DNA from: Octopus bimaculoides
Lineage: Eukaryota
Reading direction: 5' to 3'
Assembly (NCBI RefSeq): GCF_001194135.2
Contig: NC_068981.1
Span: 64,534,959 to 64,573,934, forward strand
DNA length: 38,976 bases
Both the position numbers and the translations under genes were made by a program. Below, piece after piece: positions 11,043-21,608 of this stretch. The notes below the pieces were generated by a model. The model did not search any database, was not told where the DNA came from, and saw nothing but the letters and a program-made list of their open reading frames with translations. Each line of letters begins with the position of its first letter. Position 1 is the stretch's first letter.

Positions 11043-11876
11043 NNNNNNNNNNNNNNNNNNNNNNNNNNNNNNNNNNNNNNNNNNNNNNNNNNNNNNNNNN
11101 NNNNNNNNNNNNNNNNNNNNNNNNNNNNNNNNNNNNNNNNNNNNNNNNNNNNNNNNNNNNNNNNNNNNNNNNNNNNNNNNNNNNNNNNNNNNNNNNNNNN
11201 NNNNNNNNNNNNNNNNNNNNNNNNNNNNNNNNNNNNNNNNNNNNNNNNNNNNNNNNNNNNNNNNNNNNNNNNNNNNNNNNNNNNNNNNNNNNNNNNNNNN
11301 NNNNNNNNNNNNNNNNNNNNNNNNNNNNNNNNNNNNNNNNNNNNNNNNNNNNNNNNNNNNNNNNNNNNNNNNNNNNNNNNNNNNNNNNNNNNNNNNNNNN
11401 NNNNNNNNNNNNNNNNNNNNNNNNNNNNNNNNNNNNNNNNNNNNNNNNNNNNNNNNNNNNNNNNNNNNNNNNNNNNNNNNNNNNNNNNNNNNNNNNNNNN
11501 NNNNNNNNNNNNNNNNNNNNNNNNNNNNNNNNNNNNNNNNNNNNNNNNNNNNNNNNNNNNNNNNNNNNNNNNNNNNNNNNNNNNNNNNNNNNNNNNNNNN
11601 NNNNNNNNNNNNNNNNNNNNNNNNNNNNNNNNNNNNNNNNNNNNNNNNNNNNNNNNNNNNNNNNNNNNNNNNNNNNNNNNNNNNNNNNNNNNNNNNNNNN
11701 NNNNNNNNNNNNNNNNNNNNNNNNNNNNNNNNNNNNNNNNNNNNNNNNNNNNNNNNNNNNNNNNNNNNNNNNNNNNNNNNNNNNNNNNNNNNNNNNNNNN
11801 NNNNNNNNNNNNNNNNNNNNNNNNNNNNNNNNNNNNNNNNNNNNNNNNNNNNNNNNNNNNNNNNNNNNNNNNNNNN

Positions 11877-11911
<35 letters not shown>

Positions 11912-12192
11912 GTTTATATATATAAAGAAGGTTACTTGATGAAGTGACTGAGACGAACGAAATGGTGAAAAATTTACAATAGATGTTAGAAAAATATATC
12001 AATGATTCTTTACACAGGTACAAGGCTTCATGTCTTGTGACAGAAATCAGCCATTTATATCGACGTCTGCAATTAAGAGGAACAGTGAAAGATAAAGTCA
12101 TGTTCGTCGTATTCAAGCCCTAGAAATATTTATAGCGCAAATAAGATGCCAACAATTTTAGCTGTCAGTCTTATATTCATCCAAGTTCCTGT

Positions 12193-12265
12193 CTGCTACT
12201 TTATTTTATCGACCATGAAAGGATAAAAGGACAAAATTGACCTCGGCAAAATTTGAAGTCAGAAC
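12193..12265 (-). mobile_element. SINE family A fragment
   Basis: Reverse complement GTTCTGACTTCAAATTTTGCCGAGGTCAATTTTGTCCTTTTATCCTTTCATGGTCGATAAAATAAAGTAGCAG aligns with the body of 13043-13267. Confidence 0.75.
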
Positions 12266-12413
12266 AAATAATGCGAAGCCTTAATAATTCTACCAATCAC
12301 TGCTTTGATATTGTTGCCGTTAACGATGTTGGTGATAATGATAGTGTTGATGATTAAGATTTCGAATTTTAACACAAAGCCAGCAATTTTAGACATGTGT
12401 ACCAGTTCTAGAA

Positions 12414-12508
12414 TGGTACACATGTCGACCCCAAAAAGACGAAAGGTAAAGTTGACATCGGCGGAATTTGAAATCAGAAAGTAAGGAACTGGAAGAAATG
12501 TTGCTAAA
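12414..12508 (-). mobile_element. SINE family A fragment
   Basis: Reverse complement TTCAAATTCCGCCGATGTCAACTTTACCTTTCGTCTTTTTGGGGTCGAC aligns with the family A body. Confidence 0.75.
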
Positions 12509-12509
12509 T

Positions 12510-13031
12510 ATGTGAAGGAGGGCTTCGTCGTTCTGCGCTCTTCTCGGCAGACGTGACCGATGGCATCATTATACCTGTAGAATTTATACATGGCTGGCAC
12601 TGCCCCACAGCAGTACTGGTAAGTTAGGAATTTCTTGAAATTATCTATGAGCACCGGCTTGAAAATTCTCCGAAAAAGAGCAGCTATTTGATTTTCGTCG
12701 ACGGTCAGAAATTCCGCGAGTACCTCGTCGTTCTTAGAACTAATCTTCTAAAGAACGCCATGGTGGAATTTTCACCGACAGCATTGCCATATTGGTAGTG
12801 GGCTGTGAGCTCCCGACGGCACTCTAAACACCGGGCGCCCTCAATCAGTTTGCACTTGATCCAAGACTGAAGTTTTGTCAAAGAGACTAGCTGCAGAAAA
12901 ACAAGTTTAATGAATTGCAGCAACACCTGCTCAGTGTCGGGGAAACAATGAAGATGTCGCAACCTCAGTACATGCTGTGCATCATTTGTTAGAGAATAGT
13001 CGGTTTGCCGGAAGAGAATGTATATAGCAAA
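12510..13031 (-). pseudogene. Coding-like island of unknown identity with one apparent frameshift (exon, pseudogene, TE or endogenous viral fragment)
   Basis: Visibly more GC/CpG-rich than its flanks. Minus frame A is open 13031-12705 (109 codons) and minus frame C is open 12747-12259. Many codons end in C/G. I recognise no family. Confidence 0.35.
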
Positions 13032-13042
13032 TTATTATTATT

Positions 13043-13267
13043 GAGCTGGCAGAATCGTTAGCACGCCGGGCGAAATGCTTAGCAGTATTTCGTCTGCCGT
13101 TACGCTCTGAGTTCAAATTCTGCCGAGGTCGACTTTGCCTTTCATCCTTTCGGGGTCGATAAATTAATTACCAGTTACGCACAGGGGTCGATATAATCGA
13201 CTTAATCCCTTTGTCTGTCCTTGTTTGTCCCCTCTATGTTTAGCCCTTTGTGGGCAATAAAGAAATA
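13043..13267 (+). mobile_element. SINE family A, well-preserved copy
   Basis: Head GAGCTGGCAGAATCGTTAGCACGCCGGGCGAAATGCTTAGC, B-box-like GAGTTCAAATTC, and body GAGGTCGACTTTGCCTTTCATCCTTTCGGGGTCGATAAATT. At least eight homologous segments occur in the window. Confidence 0.9.
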
Positions 13268-13437
13268 AGTATTTCGTCTGCCGCTACGTTGAGATCAAAT
13301 TCCGCGGAGGTCGACTTTGCCTTTCATCCTTTCGGGGTTGATAATGTAAGTACCAGTGAAATACTGGGGTCGATGTAATCGACTATCCCTCGCACAAATT
13401 TCAGGCCTTGTCTCTAAAGTAAAAAGGGTTATTATTA
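13268..13437 (+). mobile_element. SINE family A, second headless unit in tandem with a different 3' tail
   Basis: Restarts at AGTATTTCGTCTGCCG (identical to 13084-13099), repeats the body, then ends CAAATTTCAGGCCTTGTCTCTAAAGTAAAAAGGGTTATTATT, the tail type also seen at ~21420-21470. Confidence 0.85.
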
Positions 13438-13444
13438 TAACTGA

Positions 13445-13990
13445 ATGAGATAGCAGTGCATGCCATTAAAGTGACACTGGGGTAAAATATACGAGGCCCA
13501 AAATACCCATCATGACTACCGGTCTGATAAGGGTACACCTGGCATATGCTTCACAACCATATGTGCGTGACATGAGGATCTCATATCAAGACAAGCAAGC
13601 ATGACCTTGCAGGTGGGACCCAGTTAGAATTTTCTTCAGGTTGAGTAGCTCATCCCCCACAAAAGGTCCCTGAATAATGTTTGTTTAAGGGTGCTGAACG
13701 AAACACCCATGTTTCCAAAGGTGAATTATCCGAATCCCAAAAGAATTCCTTCCAACACATGGCTATGATGCTCCCCCACTACTTCTGCTCGTGATCAGAG
13801 ATGCACATATCATCAACCAGCAAGGGACATGCTCAACTGTTTAAAGTCAAACAACTGACCAGCCAAAATGTACTGAGCAGATTATTTACTGTAGTCCATC
13901 TTTTAAACCAAGACAAAAAAATGTACATGATAACACTTTCAATGAGTCAAGATAAGAAGCCACGAGAGCCCCTGCCCGGTACTGCATTGT
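13445..13990. repeat. Unclassified interspersed repeat (putative)
   Basis: A complex block ending in (TTG)n between two SINEs. It resembles an abundant octopus repeat from memory only. Confidence 0.35.
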
Positions 13991-14007
13991 TGTTGTTGTT
14001 GTTGTTA

Positions 14008-14230
14008 AGGCGACCTACCTGCTGACAGAATCGTTGGCACGCCGGGCGAAATGCTTAGCGGTATTTCGTCTGTCGCTACGTTCTGAGTTCAGATTCCGTC
14101 GAAATTGACGTAGCTTTTCATCCTTTCGGAGTAGATAAATTAAGTACCAGTTACGCACTGGGATCGATATAATCGACTCATTATCCACCACCACCTAAAT
14201 AATTGCTGCCCTTGTTGTAAAATTTGAAAC
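14008..14230 (+). mobile_element. SINE family A copy
   Basis: Colinear with 13043-13210 (CAGAATCGTTGGCACGCCGGGCGAAATGCTTAGCGGTATTTCGTCTG...TAAGTACCAGTTACGCACTGGGATCGATATAATCGACT). Confidence 0.9.
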
Positions 14231-14424
14231 CGTTGACGTCGTCGATGTTGGATTTTGCTTTGTGTTTGTACGAGCTGAGTCCATATCTCATCCAGAAATC
14301 ACAAGAGCCACAGAGTTTTAAGTTCAGGTGAACATTATGACTAGGATGATAGATAACTGCCATGTTTTAGGAGAGGAATAAAGATCGGTGTCAAGGATTT
14401 GTGGTTTTATTGTGTACTTTGGTT

Positions 14425-14555
14425 TAGTATCTTCCGGACTCAACTTCTTTCATCTTTTCGAGGTCTATAAAATATAATACCTGTAAAGTAGAGTATTAAT
14501 GAAATCAGATAGCACCTTCTCTCCGTGTAGTTGGTCCCGTGCTTGAATCAGAGAC
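14425..14555 (+). mobile_element. SINE family A-related, highly degenerate body
   Basis: CAACTTCTTTCATCTTTTCGAGGTCTATAAAATATAATACC resembles the family A core. Confidence 0.45.
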
Positions 14556-15135
14556 CATTATTATTTGTGGGAGTAGTAACAGGTGGAGGTTGTGGAGGAG
14601 GTTGAGTGCTGTCATTATTTCTATTATTCCCCACTAACCCACGAATGATCATCATTACTATCTCTAACATAAGTACCAGTCATGTACGTTGGTTAGATTT
14701 CTCTTTTTGAAATATGTGACCATGTACCAAACATATATTCAATGTTAACGCTGGGTTTTATGTTACGCATTCATACTTTCATTACACACACACACACACA
14801 CACACACAAATACATATGTATACGTATGTATCTATGAATGTATGTGTATATGTGTGTACGTGTGTGTGTGCGTATCTAGGAATGTGTGTGTATATGTGTG
14901 TGTGTGTGTGCGTGTGTGGTATATCAATTTTGTACACTTTTTTATTCTTGAGATCAGCTCCTTTTTTTTTTCTCATATGGAGCTGGGCACAATTACTATT
15001 TGATAACAGTGACAGATCCTCTGGAGGCGGAGATAGTTTTAATAAATCAAATATTTATGCTGTATGGTATTTGATAGATCCGCATTTATCTATGTTCATG
15101 GCCACTCTGAGTTATTCGTCTGAGATCATCTTTTG

Positions 15136-15186
<51 letters not shown>

Positions 15187-15532
15187 NNNNNNNNNNNNNN
15201 NNNNNNNNNNNNNNNNNNNNNNNNNNNNNNNNNNNNNNNNNNNNNNNNNNNNNNNNNNNNNNNNNNNNNNNNNNNNNNNNNNNNNNNNNNNNNNNNNNNN
15301 NNNNNNNNNNNNNNNNNNNNNNNNNNNNNNNNNNNNNNNNNNNNNNNNNNNNNNNNNNNNNNNNNNNNNNNNNNNNNNNNNNNNNNNNNNNNNNNNNNNN
15401 NNNNNNNNNNNNNNNNNNNNNNNNNNNNNNNNNNNNNNNNNNNNNNNNNNNNNNNNNNNNNNNNNNNNNNNNNNNNNNNNNNNNNNNNNNNNNNNNNNNN
15501 NNNNNNNNNNNNNNNNNNNNNNNNNNNNNNNN

Positions 15533-15566
<34 letters not shown>

Positions 15567-15685
15567 TATACTCACACATATATACATATATCCTCCATAT
15601 ATGTTGGGGGTGTCTGTGTGTCTGTGTGTGTCTGAATGTATATGTATATGCACGTCTAAATTAATATCCTTTTTTGCCTGTGTGC

Positions 15686-15718
<33 letters not shown>

Positions 15719-16598
15719 TGTATGTATGTATGTGTATAACGTAAGCATTTTCCTTAATGTATCGGTGCGGTTGGGTAACGGGGAAGTGTTGTTATTATTT
15801 ATATTTATATGATTTTCGTTCGGTATCTATTTTTCTTGTTTTGTTTTGTTTAGTTTCGTATTTATTTCTTCGGCTATTTCTCTTTGCATGCTTGTTTTTT
15901 TTTTTGTTTATATTTTATTTTTTTTTACATTTATTTTCGTTGTCGATTCTGCTGTTATTGATGCTGATGTTTTATGTTGCTATTGCTGTTGTTGTTTTAT
16001 TGCCCGTAATAGAAACAACTTTTAATAGCTATTGGGTTTTTTCTTTTCTATTTAGTGAACAGCGACCATGCCTGGTGGTGGGTTTGGTAGGGGGTAAAGA
16101 GGATGTGCGGTGAACGAGCGAACGGCGGGGTTAAGCAGGAGTGTGGGGGATCGACTCATGGAGAGTAAAGAGAGAGGGAGAGCGGAGGATGGAGATGGAA
16201 GAAGGAAGCTGGAGGTGGGATGGAATACTTGAAGGTTGTCTTAGTATAATGAATTAGAATAAATGACAGCGGAGAGGTTAAAGTGTGTTTGTGTGTGTGT
16301 GTGTGTGTGTATGTGTGTGTAAAAGTGTGTGCGTGTTTGTAATTGTGACTGTGTGTGTGTGTGCGTATGTCACTATGTGTCTATATGGCTTACTGAGCGT
16401 TTGTCTGTGTTTGTGTGTTCGTGATGCTGGTTGTGTATACCCATGATTATGTATATGTCTGTGTATGGGATGTGTATTTGTGTACATGTGTCCGTCGGTT
16501 TTGGCTATGTGTTACTGTGTGTGTGTGAGAGAGTGTGTATTATTATGTATGTGTAACTGTTTGTTTGGGGGGAGAGTGAGAGAGAGAGAGAGTGCGTA

Positions 16599-16629
<31 letters not shown>

Positions 16630-16700
16630 ATGTATGCTTGTGCTTGTATGCATCTGTAATTATATATGTATGAGTATATATGTATATGTCTATATATATA

Positions 16701-16733
<33 letters not shown>

Positions 16734-17404
16734 NNNNNNNNNNNNNNNNNNNNNNATACACACACACACATTTATATATACACTCATATATAAATATACA
16801 TATATGTGTGTATATGTATGTACGTGTGCATGTATGTATGCATGTGTGTATGTATGCATGTATGCATGCATGCATGCATGTGTGTATGTATATATATATC
16901 TGCATATATGTATGTATCTAGTGCATGACTGTGCACATGCTTGTGTATATGTGATACATGTGTATGTTATTGCGTATGCATCTGTATGAGTGAGACTGTG
17001 TATCATTATCACTCAGTTCTGTGTGTGTATATACCAGCGTATGCTATTGTATATGTATCAGTGTGTACAGGGTGTGTATGTGTGATTGTGTGTGTGTTTG
17101 TGTACATATCCGGATATACGTGTGATTATGTTTATGGGTGAGTGACTATATTTTAGATTGTGCACGCCTGCGTATGTGTGACTGTGTAACTATATCTTCG
17201 TGATGTTCATGTGATTGTGCGAGTGCGTGTGCGCATGTGCACATGGAGTGAGAAGGGTGATCGACGGAAGTCGGAAGTGTTGTTTCCTTATTCTACGAGT
17301 GAAAAGAGCAATACCTCTTGACTTTTTGTTACGATTTGTTACGATAGAATGTGGTGGCAGGGATGGGCAGGCGGTGTGATTTTTTGTTGTTTTTGCCATT
17401 ATTA

Positions 17405-17448
<44 letters not shown>

Positions 17449-17777
17449 GGTGTTCGGAAAAAGAGGAAGTAAGGTGTGGGTGTTAGGGGTGCGTGACGGC
17501 ACTAATGTAAAACAGTGTGAAAGTAAGAGAGGGAAAGGCGGAGAGTAAGGGAGTCGTGTAGTTTTGTGGCTGCTTCTTAGAAGACGTGACAGAAGGCGAG
17601 GGGAAGCATAGAGGGGGAGGGGAAGGAAATATATAAATATATATAAAATATAAATATATATATGAACATATATAAAAATTGGGAAAGGCAGAATGAGTGA
17701 GAAATTAAACAGGGAAATTGTTAGAAAGTTAAGGGGGTTAAAACCAAATTGATCCAAATAACAAAGCGAGGAGAGAA

Positions 17778-17804
17778 AGCAAGAAAGAAAGAACGAACAA
17801 ACGA

Positions 17805-17852
<48 letters not shown>

Positions 17853-17961
17853 GACAGGAAGAAATCATAAAGAAAGGTGAGGAAAATGAATAAAACAAAT
17901 GAATAAAACAGATGGAAAGCAAGAAAGAAAGGACGAACAAACAAAAGAAAGAAAGAAAGAT

Positions 17962-17992
<31 letters not shown>

Positions 17993-18000
17993 AATAAAGA
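17778..18000. repeat. (GAAA)n array with an internal ~140-bp-period duplication
   Basis: AAGCAAGAAAGAAAG(A/G)ACGAACAAAC(G/A)AAAGAAAG occurs at ~17778 and ~17917. Confidence 0.8.
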
Positions 18001-18651
18001 AAATAATGAAAGAGAATTGAAGGCGAAAATGGAAAGGAAAAGCCGAAGTAACGAAAGAAAGAATACGAAGAATGAATTTAAGAGATGAAAACATAAAAAT
18101 GAAAGACAGAAATACAGACAACAGAAGAAAAGAAACAAAGAACGGCTGAACGAATGAGGATATAAATGAAGGAATGTTATTAAAGAATGAAAGAAAGTTC
18201 TAGAAAAGACAAGAGAAAAAGTTATAGCCTTGAAAATGAATGAAAGACGTCGAACAAGAAATGAAAGTGAAAGTAGGAAGGAAGTGTTAAATTAAAGAAA
18301 AAAATGAAGAAAATGGAACCAAGAGAATGAATGACTATAAAAAGTAAAGATATATAAAAGTTTAAAAAATAGACGAATAAAAAATGGGGAAAGGAAAAGA
18401 AACAAGACCAAGAGACTAATTAAAGAACTTGTCAAAGGAGAAAAATATCGATTTACAATTAACCAAAAATGGCGGAAAACAACAAAATGGAGGAAATGCA
18501 GCGTTTATAGGGAAGAGAAAATAGAGAGGATTGATGTTGGAAAGGGTAGGGAGATACTGAGGTTTAGCGGTGTAGTGGTTAATATAGTGCATGAAAAGGT
18601 TTGTGAAAGCTCATATACATATATACATACATGCATGAATACATACACACA

Positions 18652-18731
<80 letters not shown>

Positions 18732-18739
18732 GTATTCAG

Positions 18740-18773
<34 letters not shown>

Positions 18774-18949
18774 ATATATACATATGTATTCAGATATATA
18801 TACATATAGATAGATAGATAGATAACTTTCTTTTATTAGCCACACAGGGCTGCACACAGAGGGGACAAATACAACTATAGAGCTTTTCTTTAAAAAAAAA
18901 ATTTTTTTTAAAGTTTTTTTTGAATAAAAAAAAAGGTAACATAAAAATT

Positions 18950-19017
<68 letters not shown>

Positions 19018-19027
19018 GTGGATAGAT

Positions 19028-19083
<56 letters not shown>

Positions 19084-19114
19084 TGGCTCTGTGCCAAAAT
19101 TTGAAACATTTGAA

Positions 19115-19151
<37 letters not shown>

Positions 19152-19154
19152 TAG

Positions 19155-19185
<31 letters not shown>

Positions 19186-19190
19186 GATAT
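18950..19190. repeat. Compound (ATAG)n/(GA)n/(GACA)n microsatellites
   Basis: Directly visible. Confidence 0.9.
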
Positions 19191-20336
19191 ATTTCGTGTG
19201 TGTGTGTGNNNNNNNNNNNNNNNNNNNNNNNNNNNNNNNNNNNNNNNNNNNNNNNNNNNNNNNNNNNNNNNNNNNNNNNNNNNNNNNNNNNNNNNNNNNN
19301 NNNNNNNNNNNNNNNNNNNNNNNNNNNNNNNNNNNNNNNNNNNNNNNNNNNNNNNNNNNNNNNNNNNNNNNNNNNNNNNNNNNNNNNNNNNNNNNNNNNN
19401 NNNNNNNNNNNNNNNNNNNNNNNNNNNNNNNNNNNNNNNNNNNNNNNNNNNNNNNNNNNNNNNNNNNNNNNNNNNNNNNNNNNNNNNNNNNNNNNNNNNN
19501 NNNNNNNNNNNNNNNNNNNNNNNNNNNNNNNNNNNNNNNNNNNNNNNNNNNNNNNNNNNNNNNNNNNNNNNNNNNNNNNNNNNNNNNNNNNNNNNNNNNN
19601 NNNNNNNNNNNNNNNNNNNNNNNNNNNNNNNNNNNNNNNNNNNNNNNNNNNNNNNNNNNNNNNNNNNNNNNNNNNNNNNNNNNNNNNNNNNNNNNNNNNN
19701 NNNNNNNNNNNNNNNNNNNNNNNNNNNNNNNNNNNNNNNNNNNNNNNNNNNNNNNNNNNNNNNNNNNNNNNNNNNNNNNNNNNNNNNNNNNNNNNNNNNN
19801 NNNNNNNNNNNNNNNNNNNNNNNNNNNNNNNNNNNNNNNNNNNNNNNNNNNNNNNNNNNNNNNNNNNNNNNNNNNNNNNNNNNNNNNNNNNNNNNNNNNN
19901 NNNNNNNNNNNNNNNNNNNNNNNNNNNNNNNNNNNNNNNNNNNNNNNNNNNNNNNNNNNNNNNNNNNNNNNNNNNNNNNNNNNNNNNNNNNNNNNNNNNN
20001 NNNNNNNNNNNNNNNNNNNNNNNNNNNNNNNNNNNNNNNNNNNNNNNNNNNNNNNNNNNNNNNNNNNNNNNNNNNNNNNNNNNNNNNNNNNNNNNNNNNN
20101 NNNNNNNNNACAATAGTATCCAGGAATCTGAACTCAGCGTTCTTCAGTGAATAATATTCTTCAAATTCAACGAAAATTGTGAGTGACTAGTCGAAATCGT
20201 CACAATGTTCATTATGATAAAACGCAATCTCTTCTTTTTTCTTGTCTCTCTGCTTCTCTCTCTCTCTCTTCTTATCCCTCTCCAACCCCTCTCTCCCTTC
20301 CTCTCTCTCCCCTCCCTCTCTTTCTTCCTCTCCCTA

Positions 20337-20374
<38 letters not shown>

Positions 20375-20711
20375 CTCTCTCGCTCGAAGTTAAAGATGAA
20401 ACTGGCAAGATTACATTGCAAAATGTAAATGGGGAAGAAATGTATTACATTTTGTCCCAATGCTTTAACATCTCTGCCTCTCCGCTGCCTAATAAGCATA
20501 ATTATTTCCATTCCTTTATTTTATTTTATTCGTCACGTGAGAAAATTATTAGAGCAATTTACTAAATGACAAATAACAAAAACAGTGAAGCTTTCTATAG
20601 ATGTCATTACGTTAAAGCCCGTACCAACTGTATAGGAAAAGAATCGAGTGTGACACCCCGATTGAAGAACAGCAAACTTGGATGAATCAAGGAAGTTACG
20701 GATACAAGATT

Positions 20712-21102
20712 GTTGTTGTTGTTGGCACTCCGTCGCTTACGACGTCGAGGGTTCCAGTTGATCCGATCAACTGGAACAGCCTGCTCGTGAAATTAACGTG
20801 CAAGTGGCTGAGCACTCCACACACACGTGTACCCTTAACGTAGTTCTCGGGGATATTCAGCGTGACACAGTGTGACAAGGCTAACCCTTTGAATTACAGG
20901 CACAACAGAAGCAGGAAGTAAGAGTGAGAGAAAGTTGTGGTGAAAGAGTACAGCAGGGTTCGTCACCATCTCCTGCCGGAGCCTCGTGGAGCTTTAGGTG
21001 TTTTCGCTCAATAAACACTCACAACGCCCGGTCTGAGAATCGAAACCGCGATCCTATGACCGCGAGTCCGTTGCGCTAACCACTGGGCCATTGCACCTCC
21101 AC
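20712..21102 (-). mobile_element. SINE family C, complete tRNA-derived copy with target-site duplication
   Basis: Minus-strand A-box TGGCCCAGTGG (21080-21090), B-box-like GGTTTCGATTCT (21036-21047) and a (CAA)n tail at ~20712-20723. It is flanked by ACGGATACAAGATT (20698-20711) and ACGGATTCAAGATT (21103-21116), a 14-bp TSD with one mismatch. Confidence 0.9.
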
Positions 21103-21191
21103 ACGGATTCAAGATTATACACTGACTATCAACCATTTTATACTACTTTTTTAATTAGGTTATTTTTTTGAGCAATAATATGGATTAATTA

Positions 21192-21608
21192 GTCTAGTGA
21201 ACCTCAACCATTTTTTTTACCTGTGGACCTCTTTGATTCCTATTTTTCTCTATTGCCCCATCCCTAGCCATTTGAAGCTCAAAAAAATTTTTTTTTTTTT
21301 ATTAGATGTTATGTTTCAAATACCGCCGAGGTCGACTTTGCCGTTCATCTTTTCGGGGTCGATAAATTAAGTACCAGTGAAACACTGGGATCGATGTAAT
21401 CAACTAGTCCCCTCCCACCAAAATTTCAGGACTTGTCCATTTAGTAGAAAGGATTATTAAATATTATTAGGAATTGTATGAAAAAAATATTACAATATTT
21501 TGCATATTGTATAAGTATAACGAAATTATAGCACATAATTCTTAACAACTAAATCCATTATGAATTTACTTGTGATGCGGACCCCGGTTGAGGAACATTG
21601 CTCTAGTC
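21192..21608. mobile_element. Probable hAT (Charlie-like) MITE with a nested SINE
   Basis: Imperfect TIRs TAGTGAACCTCAACC (21195-21209) and GGTTGAGGAACATTG (21586-21600), 11/15 complementary. NTCTAG-type target-like flanks GTCTAGTG (21192-21199) and CTCTAGTC (21601-21608). The left end is degraded. Confidence 0.5.
21308..21470 (+). mobile_element. SINE family A, 5'-truncated copy
   Basis: CCGCCGAGGTCGACTTTGCCGTTCATCTTTTCGGGGTCGATAAATTAAGTACCAGT...AAATTTCAGGACTTGTCC...AGAAAGGATTATT. Confidence 0.9.

Noticed and set aside
12551-12618. Plus-strand exon candidate (CAG|ACGTGACC...CTG|GTAAGT)
   Set aside because: It lies antisense to the longer coding-like minus frame, and its translations read like antisense products. 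It is not excluded but is less parsimonious.
20388-20480. Protein-like frame VKDETGKITLQNVNGEEMYYILSQCF after a (CT)n tract
   Set aside because: The polypyrimidine tract is a microsatellite, only weak donors are available, and no family is recognised.
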